A stretch of 64,000 nt of DNA. Source: Minisyncoccota bacterium. GTDB lineage: Bacteria; Patescibacteriota; Minisyncoccia; Phycocordibacterales; UBA9973. This document shows positions 16,442 through 25,595 of the stretch, piece after piece; positions within the stretch are counted from its first letter, which is position 1, and every line of letters starts with the position of its first letter. The translations under genes and the position numbers were made by a program. The DNA is taken from the NCBI GenBank assembly GCA_036405895.1, contig DASWWS010000001.1, forward strand, positions 71,864 to 135,863, given 5' to 3'. Under the pieces are notes generated by a model. That model was not told the origin of the DNA. It worked only from the letters and a program-made list of their open reading frames with translations, and did no database searches.

Positions 16442-18523
16442 ATGGCAAAATCTGAAGCGGAAAAAAAGAAAGGCGGAAGCTATGGAGCAGACCAAATCTC
16501 AGTCCTTGAAGGACTTGAGCCGGTGCGCCGCCGACCGGGTATGTACATTGGCTCTACAGGGCCGACTGGTCTTCACCACCTTGTATGGGAAATTTTCGAT
16601 AACTCACGCGACGAGGCGATGGGCGGCTTTGCCGACCATGTTGAACTCACCCTTTTGCCGAACAACCAAGTGCGCGTTGTCGACAACGGTCGAGGGATTC
16701 CTGTAGGTATTCATCCAAAAACAAAAGTATCCGCCCTTGAAACGGTGATGACTACGCTTCACGCGGGAGGAAAATTCGGAGGAGATGACTCGGGGTACAA
16801 GGTGTCCGGAGGTCTTCACGGCGTGGGCGCGTCAGTGGTAAATGCGCTCTCTGACTATACGCGCGCAGAAGTGCACAAAGAAGGTGCGGTGTGGGTGCAG
16901 GAATATTCGCAAGGGAATAAAAAGGCTGCGGTAAAGAAAATCGGCACGACAAAAAACAACGGAACGATCATTACTTTCCAGCCGGACCCGACTATTTTTA
17001 AAGAAGGAATCGTGTTTGATTGGAAAACCATCGTCGACCACCTTCGCCAGCAGGCATACCTCGTCAAGAAACTTCGTGTCACTATTATTGATGCTCGAAA
17101 CGTTGAAGAGTCATTTGATGCAACAAAAGCATTTTGGTTTACCGAGCTTGCCATTGAAGCGCCTTCCATTACGTACTACTTTGAAGGAGGGATACAGTCT
17201 ATGGTGCGCCATTACAACCAGCATCAAAAGCCGATCCACGACACCGTATTTTATTGCGAAAAGGATCAGGACAATGTCGGCATTGAAATTGCACTCCAGT
17301 ATGTTGACGATATTTCAGCGCGCATCGTGCCGTTTGCAAACAACATCTACAACCCCGAGCAGGGAACACATGTTACCGGTTTTAAAACAGCGCTTACCCG
17401 TGTGCTCAATACATACGGCAAGAAAAACAACCTCATCAAAGACGCTGACGGCCCGTTTACCGGAGACGACGTTTTGGAGGGCCTCACTGTAGTGATTTCT
17501 GTAAAGCTCGCTGAAATTCAATTTGAAGGACAGACGAAAGCAAAGCTCGGAAGCATGGAAGCACAGGGTGCGACTACCACTGTCTTTGGTGACGCGTTCT
17601 CAACATTTTTGGAAGAGAATCCTGACCAGGCAAAGGCTATCATTATGAAAGGCCTTTTGGCACTGCGTTCACGAAAAGCTGCGAAAGCTGCAAAGGATAA
17701 TATTCTTCGCAAGGGCGCGCTAGAAGGAATGACACTGCCGGGCAAGCTCGCTGACTGCCAGACCAAAGATGCTTCTGAGAGCGAGCTGTTTATCGTTGAG
17801 GGTGACTCTGCTGGCGGTACGGCAAAGATGGGGCGTGACCGCCGTACCCAAGCTATTTTGCCGCTTCGAGGAAAAATCCTTAACGTTGAGCGCGCTCGAC
17901 TCGACCGCATGCTCGGAAGTCAGGAGATTAAGAACCTTGTCATTGCAATGGGGACTTCAATCGGAGACACCTTTGATCTTGAAAAGATGCGCTACCACAA
18001 GATTGTGCTTGCAACGGACGCGGACACTGACGGCGGGCACATCCGCACACTTATCCTCACGCTCTTCTATCGCTACTTCCGAGCAGTGATTGAGGCGGGC
18101 TATGTTTACATTGCGCAGCCGCCACTCTACAAAATCAAAAAAGGGAAAGAGCTTTTTTATGCGTACAACGATACTGAAAAAGAGGCAGTGCTCAAGCAAA
18201 TCGGAGGAGGCGATGTGCCCGAGGTGGTCTTAGAAGAAGGAGAAGAGGCGATGTCTGAAGAAGAGGAGGATGGAGAAGGCGAAGAGACAAAGAAGAAGCG
18301 CGCAACCAAAATCTCTATCCAGCGATACAAAGGTTTGGGTGAAATGAACTCAGACGAATTGTGGGAAACCACCATGGACCCAGCGCGCCGAGTGATGAAG
18401 CAAATCACGATTGACGATGCTGTAGAAGCCGACAATATCTTCGATGTCCTGATGGGCTCAGAAGTTGCTCCGCGAAAGAGCTTCATCCAGGCTAATGCCA
18501 AGCTCGCAAACCTCGATATATAA
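16442..18523 (+). CDS. gyrB: DNA gyrase subunit B (type IIA topoisomerase ATPase subunit)
   Basis: GHKL ATPase motifs (GLHHLVWEIFDNSRDE, GLHGVGASVVNALS). Toprim EGDSAGG. PLRGKILNVE. Acidic insertion near the C-terminus. Confidence 0.85.
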   Translation: MAKSEAEKKKGGSYGADQISVLEGLEPVRRRPGMYIGSTGPTGLHHLVWEIFDNSRDEAMGGFADHVELTLLPNNQVRVVDNGRGIPVGIHPKTKVSALETVMTTLHAGGKFGGDDSGYKVSGGLHGVGASVVNALSDYTRAEVHKEGAVWVQEYSQGNKKAAVKKIGTTKNNGTIITFQPDPTIFKEGIVFDWKTIVDHLRQQAYLVKKLRVTIIDARNVEESFDATKAFWFTELAIEAPSITYYFEGGIQSMVRHYNQHQKPIHDTVFYCEKDQDNVGIEIALQYVDDISARIVPFANNIYNPEQGTHVTGFKTALTRVLNTYGKKNNLIKDADGPFTGDDVLEGLTVVISVKLAEIQFEGQTKAKLGSMEAQGATTTVFGDAFSTFLEENPDQAKAIIMKGLLALRSRKAAKAAKDNILRKGALEGMTLPGKLADCQTKDASESELFIVEGDSAGGTAKMGRDRRTQAILPLRGKILNVERARLDRMLGSQEIKNLVIAMGTSIGDTFDLEKMRYHKIVLATDADTDGGHIRTLILTLFYRYFRAVIEAGYVYIAQPPLYKIKKGKELFYAYNDTEKEAVLKQIGGGDVPEVVLEEGEEAMSEEEEDGEGEETKKKRATKISIQRYKGLGEMNSDELWETTMDPARRVMKQITIDDAVEADNIFDVLMGSEVAPRKSFIQANAKLANLDI

Positions 18524-18553
18524 AAACTCCCACAACAGTGGGAGTTTTTATAT
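18524..18553. terminator. Bidirectional intrinsic terminator after gyrB
   Basis: aaaaactcccacaacagtgggagtttttat. Confidence 0.7.
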
Positions 18554-18741
18554 TAGAGAGCGTTTTTGATAAGTGTGCGGAGGTCTTCGATATGCTTTTC
18601 TTTATCTTCCATCAAAGTACTCCAGAATGCTTTTACTTCTTCAGTGTCCGCTTCGGGGAGGTAATTGTTTTTAATGCGCCAGAGGCTTTTTGATTCTTGT
18701 GTGAGCTGGGTCATCAGGTTGTATGTGTTGTTGTTTTCCAT
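18553..18741 (-). CDS. Hypothetical small protein (62 aa)
   Basis: ORF only. It lies downstream of and co-oriented with thrS. No recognisable domain. Confidence 0.35.
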   Translation of the reverse strand: MENNNTYNLMTQLTQESKSLWRIKNNYLPEADTEEVKAFWSTLMEDKEKHIEDLRTLIKNAL

Positions 18742-18748
18742 AAATATA

Positions 18749-20506
18749 TTATATATCCTTTCGGTTTGTTATTTCGCCGATAATGCGGGTGATGAAATCT
18801 TCAGTTGAAATATTCTCAAGCTTAAGTTCTTTTCTCCCTTCAACGGTAAGGGTATTGCTCTCTATTTCCTTGTTTCCAATGATAATTTGGTAAGGAATTT
18901 TCTCTGTCTTTGCAGAGCGGATGCGTTTGCCGAGGCTGTCGTCCGTAAGAATGGTTGCACGAATGTCGCGCGCGCGAAGCGCTGCAAGAACACCCTGCGC
19001 ATACTCATTGTGAGCTTCCGCTACAGGGATAATCGCAACCGCTGTGGGTGCAAGCCACACAGGGAAGCTTCCTGCAAAGTGTTCAATCATCACGCCCATA
19101 AAGCGCTCAAGCGACCCGCTGATTGCGCGGTGAATCACTACCGGGCGCTCCTTCTCACCTTTTTCGTTGGTAAATGAAAGGTCAAAGCGTTCAGGCAGGT
19201 TAAAGTCGCATTGAATGGTTGCAAGCTGCCACTCGCGTCCGATTGCGTCTTTGAACATAAAGTCGAGCTTTGGTCCGTAAAATGCAGCCTCGTCTTTTGC
19301 GGGAGTATAAGGAAGATTTTCCGCAATACACACTTCAGTAAGTGCGCTCTCTGCCATATTCCATACTTCATCGCCCCCAAGATATTTTGAAGTATCGTCT
19401 CCCCGAAGAGAAAGACGCACCCAGTACCCCTCAATCATGCCCATGGTCGTATAAAATGACTTGATGATAGAGACGATTGTTTTGATTTCTTCCCCAATTT
19501 GCGTTGTGCGGCAGAAGAGGTGTCCGTCATCTTGCGTGATTGAGCGCACACGGGTAAGCCCGCCAAGCTGTCCGGTCTTTTCGTCGCGGTATACAGTAGC
19601 GGGTTCAAAGTAGCGTACCGGCATGTCTCGGTACGAGAATTGGTTGTCCGCAAAGATTTGCATGTGATGCGGACAGTTCATCGGCTTTACATAAAAATCT
19701 TCTTTAGAGCTCCCACCCTTAACGGCGAACATATCGTCCATATAGTGGCCGGCGTGCCCCGATACTTCATAGAGGCTTTCTTTTGCAAGGTGTGGAGTCC
19801 AGACGCGGTCGTACCCTTTGTCTTTGTGCAATTCCCATAAATAGTCTTCTACTGCCTTTCGTACAATCATGCCGTTGGGCTGAAAGAGCGGGAGACCTGC
19901 TCCGACAAGGTCGGAAATGGTAAAGAGCTTTAATTCTTTACCAAGCTTTCGGTGGTCGCGTTTTTTTCCTTCCTCAAGCTGCCACTCATGTTTTGCAAGG
20001 TCTTCTTTTGTGGAGAAGGCGAGACCGTAGATGCGGGTGAGCATAGGATTTTTTTCGCTGCCGCGCCAGTAGGCTCCGGCAACGCGGTCGAGCTTGAAAC
20101 TTTCTGCATCAATAACACTGAGGTCTTCAGTATGTCCGCCTCGACACAGGTCGGTGAAGTTGCCCATTGTGTAGAGAGTAATAACTTCACCCTTTGCGGC
20201 GATTTCATTGATAAGTTCTTCTTTGAATTGATTTCCCTTGAAGTGCTCCAATGCTTCTTCTTTGGTCACCCGCCTGTGGGTAATAGTGGTCCAGGTAGGG
20301 AGGAGTTCGCGCATACGCATTTCAATTGCAGGGAGTTCATTGGTGCCGATGGTGCCCGCAAACTTGATGTCGTAGTAAAAGCCGTCATCAACTGCAGGTC
20401 CGAGCGTGAGCTGTGCGTCAGGATAGAGCTCCATGACCGCAGCACCAAGGAGGTGGGCGAGGGAGTGGCGGGTGTGTTCAATAGTATTGGGATTGGTGTC
20501 AGACAT
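18749..20506 (-). CDS. thrS: Threonyl-tRNA synthetase, apparently lacking the N-terminal TGS domain
   Basis: HTRHSLAHLLGAAVMELYP (editing/SAD domain HxxxH). Class II motifs. The C-terminal anticodon-binding domain ends ...VAIIPV. Start trimmed to MSDTNPN (ATG at 20506), since the upstream 56 aa of the track ORF read through the promoter. Confidence 0.8.
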   Translation of the reverse strand: MSDTNPNTIEHTRHSLAHLLGAAVMELYPDAQLTLGPAVDDGFYYDIKFAGTIGTNELPAIEMRMRELLPTWTTITHRRVTKEEALEHFKGNQFKEELINEIAAKGEVITLYTMGNFTDLCRGGHTEDLSVIDAESFKLDRVAGAYWRGSEKNPMLTRIYGLAFSTKEDLAKHEWQLEEGKKRDHRKLGKELKLFTISDLVGAGLPLFQPNGMIVRKAVEDYLWELHKDKGYDRVWTPHLAKESLYEVSGHAGHYMDDMFAVKGGSSKEDFYVKPMNCPHHMQIFADNQFSYRDMPVRYFEPATVYRDEKTGQLGGLTRVRSITQDDGHLFCRTTQIGEEIKTIVSIIKSFYTTMGMIEGYWVRLSLRGDDTSKYLGGDEVWNMAESALTEVCIAENLPYTPAKDEAAFYGPKLDFMFKDAIGREWQLATIQCDFNLPERFDLSFTNEKGEKERPVVIHRAISGSLERFMGVMIEHFAGSFPVWLAPTAVAIIPVAEAHNEYAQGVLAALRARDIRATILTDDSLGKRIRSAKTEKIPYQIIIGNKEIESNTLTVEGRKELKLENISTEDFITRIIGEITNRKDI

Positions 20507-20540
20507 GAAAAAACTATAGCATTTATATGACTCCTTTGAC

Positions 20541-21182
20541 ATGCTTGACAAAATCCAGAATGTATTACAAGATGACATAAATAACTCTGATATGGTAACT
20601 AAAACAAACGAGTTTGATTTCATCACAACCGATGAATCGCTCACTGTGTACCTTTCAAATTTACCCCCAAACATTCAAATCCGATATCCTGCCTTTACTT
20701 CTTTAGACGGGTTACGGGGCGTTGTTTCTATCGTTCCACATAAAGAGAGAAAAGATTATTTTCTTACGGTTCCGTACGACCTATTAAAGGCATATCTGAC
20801 CTCTAAAAGAGTTACCGGGTATACTCGTGAGACCGTGCGAACTATCACCGCAAAAGGTCTTTTAAAAGAAACTTTTCTGCGACTTGTGGATATGACATTG
20901 CTGGGCACTATTCCTGTGTCTAATACACTGCCGGGAGCTACCGAAGACCATGTAAAAAGCACGGTGTTGGTAACAAAGTATTTTCGTAGAGACGAAAAAG
21001 AACCGTATGACTATCCTCTAAAAACCGGAACTCCGGTATGGATGCACAAGGATTTGCTCGGTCAAATATTTAAGAAGGTTGTGGAAGTCAATGGGGAGAA
21101 AAAATATCACCCCCATGCAAGGCAATATAAGCAATATCTCGATTATTTGGATTTAAAGCAGATAGAAGAATCGTTTGGGTGA
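20541..21182 (+). CDS. Hypothetical protein (213 aa)
   Basis: ORF with no recognisable motif, followed by a hairpin terminator. Confidence 0.5.
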   Translation: MLDKIQNVLQDDINNSDMVTKTNEFDFITTDESLTVYLSNLPPNIQIRYPAFTSLDGLRGVVSIVPHKERKDYFLTVPYDLLKAYLTSKRVTGYTRETVRTITAKGLLKETFLRLVDMTLLGTIPVSNTLPGATEDHVKSTVLVTKYFRRDEKEPYDYPLKTGTPVWMHKDLLGQIFKKVVEVNGEKKYHPHARQYKQYLDYLDLKQIEESFG

Positions 21183-21197
21183 TAAGTGATGAAGGGT

Positions 21198-21230
21198 AAA
21201 GCCACTGTAGGGATACAGTGGCTTTTTATT
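21198..21230. terminator. Intrinsic terminator
   Basis: aaagccactgtagggatacagtggcttttta. Confidence 0.65.
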
Positions 21231-21266
21231 TGCATATTTGGGGAAATAGGGTATGATGAGTCCATT

Positions 21267-21485
21267 ATGGTAGTTCGAATGAGACACACACGTGCGCATA
21301 CGGCAAATCGCCGCAGCCACCATGCCCTAAAAGACCCAGCGCTTTCCAAAGACAATGATGGCACACTGCACATCCGTCACCGCGCAAGTCTTGATGGCAT
21401 GTACAAGGGAAAGTCAGTAATTGGCGACCCGGTAAAAGCTGTTGAGAAAAAGCAGGCGAAAAGCGTGGGTAAAAAGACTAAATAG
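21267..21485 (+). CDS. rpmF: 50S ribosomal protein L32
   Basis: MVVRMRHTRAHTANRRSHHALKDPALSKDNDGTLHIRHRASLDGMYKGKSVI matches the E. coli-type L32 (MAVQQNK..R..RRSHDAL....S.D...GE.HLRHH...DGYYRGRKVI). Confidence 0.7.
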   Translation: MVVRMRHTRAHTANRRSHHALKDPALSKDNDGTLHIRHRASLDGMYKGKSVIGDPVKAVEKKQAKSVGKKTK

Positions 21486-21500
21486 TATATAATAGTATCC

Positions 21501-22406
21501 ATGGCAAACCGCCACCTCTCGAGGTCAATTGTTCTTCAATCACTGTTCGAATGGGATTTCTCCGGCCATCCGGAGGAGCTTAAGAGTGTGATTGATCGGG
21601 ACATTGCGGAGTTCGCTCCGGGGCACAACGATACTGCATTTATCTACGAACTCGCGGAGACTGTTCAGCGCAAGCAGACAGTCATCGATGACATCATCAT
21701 GAAGGCCGCTCCCGAGTGGCCGCTCGAAAAAATTTCAAACGTTGACCGCAATGTCCTTCGCATGGGCCTTGCGGAATTATTGTTTGGCGACCGCGAACAG
21801 GTTCCTCCAAAGGTTGCAATCAACGAAGCAATCGAGCTTGCAAAAACATTCGGCGGAGAAAACTCCGGCAAGTTCGTCAACGGCGTACTCGGTGCGGTGT
21901 ATAAAGAGATCGGCGAACCGGGCAAAGATCAGGCAAGCGCACCGCGCGGAAAGAAAGTCGAAGAGCCTGTAGATCCAAGCACGCTTGTTGTGGAAGCAAA
22001 GGCGGGAGGAATCGTGCACGCGCGCCATGACGGCGTGGACTATGTTGCACTTGTCCATGATGTCTTTGGATATTGGACGCTTCCAAAAGGCGGACTTGAA
22101 GAAGGTGAGACAAACGAAATTGCCGGCAAGCGCGAGATTGAAGAGAAGCTTGGTATCGAAGTAGAGCTCGGTCCGGAGATTGGGTCTATTGATTATGTGG
22201 CATCGCATCCTGAAAAAGGGAAGATTCGCAAGGTGGTAACCTTCTATTTGGCGCAAGCACAATACCAAGAACTCGACATGCACTCAAACGGCGGACTTGA
22301 CCGCGCTGCATGGTTCCAGCTGCACGAGGTGGTTGACCTGACGATATATGATGATATATTGCCACTGATTGCGAAAGCAATCGAGCATATTACCAAGAAA
22401 GACTAG
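21501..22406 (+). CDS. nusB: NusB (N-terminal ~140 aa) fused in frame to a NUDIX hydrolase domain
   Basis: The N-terminal VLQSLFEWDFSG...VDRNVLRMGLAELLFGD..VPPKVAINEAIELAKTFGGENSGKFVNGVLGAV is NusB. The C-terminus carries the Nudix box GGLEEGETNEIAGKREIEEKLGI. The reading frame is continuous, with no stop between the two halves. Confidence 0.75.
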   Translation: MANRHLSRSIVLQSLFEWDFSGHPEELKSVIDRDIAEFAPGHNDTAFIYELAETVQRKQTVIDDIIMKAAPEWPLEKISNVDRNVLRMGLAELLFGDREQVPPKVAINEAIELAKTFGGENSGKFVNGVLGAVYKEIGEPGKDQASAPRGKKVEEPVDPSTLVVEAKAGGIVHARHDGVDYVALVHDVFGYWTLPKGGLEEGETNEIAGKREIEEKLGIEVELGPEIGSIDYVASHPEKGKIRKVVTFYLAQAQYQELDMHSNGGLDRAAWFQLHEVVDLTIYDDILPLIAKAIEHITKKD

Positions 22407-22484
22407 GCTTTAGCTTATAGGCTAGCTCAGCATACCCATGCTGTAGTTTATAAACTGAATCCTACGAACTAATTACTACTATAT

Positions 22485-23177
22485 ATGATAGATTTTACTC
22501 CTTTTGAACAGTCACTCGGCATCAGCTTTGCCGATAAGTCACTGCTCCAGCGTGCGTTCACCCACCGTTCTTTTATCAATGAAAATCCAAAAAGCGGACT
22601 TGAGCACAATGAGCGTTTTGAATTTTTGGGCGACGCCGTAATTGAGTTGATTGTTACGGACTATTTGTTTCGTGCCTACCCAAACTCTGCCGAAGGCGAG
22701 CTTACAGCGTACCGAAGCGCATTGGTGAACGCTGTTATCATGGGCGAAGTTGCAGGCGTGATCAAGATGAACGACTACCTCCTCCTTTCAAAGGGCGAGA
22801 CCAAAGACACGGGTCGTGCACGCCAGACGATTCTTGCGAACACGTATGAGTCGTTTGTCGGGGCGCTCTATCTCGATCAGGGGTATGAAGTATGCAATAC
22901 CTTTGTTACTAGCACACTCCTTCCGCGCCTAGAAGACATCATCAAGATGAAGAGTTGGAAAGACCCAAAGAGTCAGGTACAAGAAGAAGCACAGGAACGC
23001 GTGGGCGTGACGCCTTCGTACCATGTCGTTGCCGAAAGCGGACCCGACCATGACAAGCATTTCACAATCGCCATCTTCTTTGGCGAGAAGAAAATCGCCG
23101 AAGGTAAGGGCCGAAGCAAGCAAGAAGCGCAGCAGGCAGCAGCGCAGGCAGCACTCGTGGCAAAAGGCTGGGCGTAA
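22485..23177 (+). CDS. rnc: Ribonuclease III
   Basis: ERFEFLGDAVIEL catalytic signature and a C-terminal dsRBD (GPDHDKHFTIAIFFGEKKIAEGKGRSKQEAQQAAAQAAL). Confidence 0.85.
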   Translation: MIDFTPFEQSLGISFADKSLLQRAFTHRSFINENPKSGLEHNERFEFLGDAVIELIVTDYLFRAYPNSAEGELTAYRSALVNAVIMGEVAGVIKMNDYLLLSKGETKDTGRARQTILANTYESFVGALYLDQGYEVCNTFVTSTLLPRLEDIIKMKSWKDPKSQVQEEAQERVGVTPSYHVVAESGPDHDKHFTIAIFFGEKKIAEGKGRSKQEAQQAAAQAALVAKGWA

Positions 23178-23180
23178 TAA

Positions 23181-23290
23181 CTAGCAAGGACGGTCCTTGC
23201 TAGGACCTAACGAGGACCGTCCTCGTTAGAATTTTTCAGAAGGACGGTCCTTCTGAAATAAAAAATCTCGTTACAGGACGAGGTTTTTTT
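23181..23290. repeat. Palindromic intergenic repeat element, copy B (three hairpin units plus a terminal hairpin with T-run = rnc terminator)
   Basis: CTAGCAAGGACGGTCCTTGCTAGG, TAACGAGGACCGTCCTCGTTA and TCAGAAGGACGGTCCTTCTGA, then ctcgttacaggacgaggttttttt. Confidence 0.8.
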
Positions 23291-23315
23291 GTGTGCGTAC
23301 GATATACTATTGTGT

Positions 23316-25592
23316 ATGCGTCTGCAGCACATAGAGATTGCCGGATTCAAGTCGTTTGCTAAAAAGAGCACGCTTGCTTTTACGGCACCTGTGACTGCAG
23401 TGGTGGGGCCGAACGGCTCGGGAAAAAGCAATGTCGTTGAAGCGTTTCGTTTTGTACTCGGCGAGCAGTCAATGAAAAGCATGCGCGGGAAAAGCGGGGC
23501 GGACCTTATTTTCCGCGGAGGCACCGGCACAAGCAAGCTCTCTCGTGCATCAGTTTCTATTACTTTCGACAACTCCGACAAAGTGTTTGCCTTTGCGCCA
23601 AGCAGTACTGAAAGCACTGTGCGCTCACCACTATTGTTTGAGAGCGTAACATTCACGCGCGAGCTTTATGCCGACGGTACGAGCAAGTACTTGATGAATG
23701 GCGCGGAAATTCGCCTCAAGCAAATGGCTGAACTCCTGTCATCGGTGAACATTGGTTCGTCTGGTCACCATATTATTTCGCAAGGGGAAGCTGATGGTAT
23801 TTTGCGCGCGTCCCCGCGCGAACGCCGTGAAATGCTCGAAGATGCGCTCGGACTAAAGATTTACCACTACCGCATCAAGGAAAGTGAGACGAAGCTTGCC
23901 CGTGCACTCGACACCCTTAAAGAAGTGCAGTCACTGCGCCGAGAAATCGTTCCTCATTTGAAATTCTTGGCTAAGCAAGTTGAGAAAGTCGAGAAAGGCC
24001 GTGCTATCCGTGTAGAACTCGAAGGTGCTCTTATACAATATTTGGCAACAGAACGAACACATCTTGGAGAAGAAGACGCACGCATTGGTAGTGCGGAGCA
24101 ATTAATCCGCACGCGCCATGCTGACCTCTCTGCACTGTTGGAAACATTGCCCGAAGAAGGTGCTGTGCACGACACAACTGTAACCGAGCGCGCAATGCTT
24201 TCAAACACCTTAAGAGAAATTCGCGATAAGCGCCGAACACTTGAAAGTCGCATCAGCCGATTGGAGGGAATGCTCGAGGCACACCGACAAATGATTGCAC
24301 GGCAGGCTGCTGTTCCTACAACGAGCGCAAGTATTTCTTTTGCAGCAACTGAATATGGGCAGCTTGTGAGCGATATCGAATTTTTCTTAAGTAATTTGCG
24401 CAGTGCCGAGAGCATTGATGCCGTGCGTGCAACACTTAGCCAGCTTGAAAGCCTGCTTGCTCGGTTGAAGACTCGCGAGAACAAACCTGTTGCGCAGGAA
24501 AATCACAACAGCCTTTCATACGATACGCTGAAAGACACGGCTCTTGAAATGGAAGGATTGCAAAAAGACCTTATCGCACTGTTGGGACAGGAAGATGAAG
24601 TAGTGGCGCGCATCAACACGCTTGAGCTTGCGCGTGAAGCGCTCTTAACCGGCAACCAAGAGAGCACTCGCAAGCGATACGAACTGCAAAGCGATATCCG
24701 CCAATGCGAAGCTGAGCTTCAAATTTTGGCCGTTTCTAAAAGCGCATTTCTTGAGCGCAAAGAATATTTTGATGCAGAGCTCAAGGAAGCAGGCTTTCTT
24801 TTCGGGCCGTCATTTATTCATGCTCTTCAGGCGGCGCAAGCGCTTCCGGAACTGAATTTGCACGACATGAAGCGGAGTATTGACCGCTTGAAGATTCGCC
24901 TTGATGAGCATTCAGGAATAGGTAACGACGTAACGGCAGAATACGAAGCGACAAAAGAGCGCGACGAATTCCTTGCTCGCGAAGTGACCGATATCGAAGC
25001 AAGCATTCGCAACCTCGAGTCGCTCATTATTGATTTGAAAAAGCTCTTGGATGAAAAGTTCACGACAGGGGTGACAGTAATCAACGAGCGCTTTGGAGAA
25101 TTCTTTAAAACAATGTTTGGAGGGGGAAGCGCATTCCTTTCAGTGACTATTGAAAAAAAGCGAAAGAAAAGAACGGACGAATCGCTCGATGATATGGACG
25201 GGGAACCAATGGATGAAAATGATGACCGATTCTTTGAGCGAGGTATTGACGTGCATGTAAATTTGCCGGAGAAAAAGGTGAAAGAGCTTCATATGCTCTC
25301 AGGGGGCGAGCGATCACTTGTTTCTATTGCGCTCCTCTTCGCGATCTCCCAAGTGAACCCACCACCATTTTTAGTGCTCGACGAAACCGATGCAGCACTC
25401 GATGAAGCAAACTCTCGCCGTTATGGAGACATGATAGAACTGTTGGCTGCCTATTCACAACTTATTGTGGTGACCCACAACCGCGAAACGATGTCGCGTG
25501 CAAGCGTGCTCTATGGAGTTACTCTTGGTGCAGACAGCGCTTCAAAACTCCTCTCGATTAAGTTCGATGATGCAGTGAAGGTAGCGAAATAA
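23316..25592 (+). CDS. smc: SMC-family chromosome condensation ATPase, short form (~758 aa)
   Basis: N-terminal head (IEIAGFKSFAKKST..VVGPNGSGKSNVVEAF). Long coiled-coil middle. C-terminal LSGGERSLVSIALLFAI signature and Walker B (FLVLDETDAALDE). It sits directly after rnc, as in the conserved rnc-smc(-ftsY) arrangement. ATG at 23316; the track ORF starts at TTG 23289. Confidence 0.7.
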   Translation: MRLQHIEIAGFKSFAKKSTLAFTAPVTAVVGPNGSGKSNVVEAFRFVLGEQSMKSMRGKSGADLIFRGGTGTSKLSRASVSITFDNSDKVFAFAPSSTESTVRSPLLFESVTFTRELYADGTSKYLMNGAEIRLKQMAELLSSVNIGSSGHHIISQGEADGILRASPRERREMLEDALGLKIYHYRIKESETKLARALDTLKEVQSLRREIVPHLKFLAKQVEKVEKGRAIRVELEGALIQYLATERTHLGEEDARIGSAEQLIRTRHADLSALLETLPEEGAVHDTTVTERAMLSNTLREIRDKRRTLESRISRLEGMLEAHRQMIARQAAVPTTSASISFAATEYGQLVSDIEFFLSNLRSAESIDAVRATLSQLESLLARLKTRENKPVAQENHNSLSYDTLKDTALEMEGLQKDLIALLGQEDEVVARINTLELAREALLTGNQESTRKRYELQSDIRQCEAELQILAVSKSAFLERKEYFDAELKEAGFLFGPSFIHALQAAQALPELNLHDMKRSIDRLKIRLDEHSGIGNDVTAEYEATKERDEFLAREVTDIEASIRNLESLIIDLKKLLDEKFTTGVTVINERFGEFFKTMFGGGSAFLSVTIEKKRKKRTDESLDDMDGEPMDENDDRFFERGIDVHVNLPEKKVKELHMLSGGERSLVSIALLFAISQVNPPPFLVLDETDAALDEANSRRYGDMIELLAAYSQLIVVTHNRETMSRASVLYGVTLGADSASKLLSIKFDDAVKVAK

Positions 25593-25595
25593 TCT

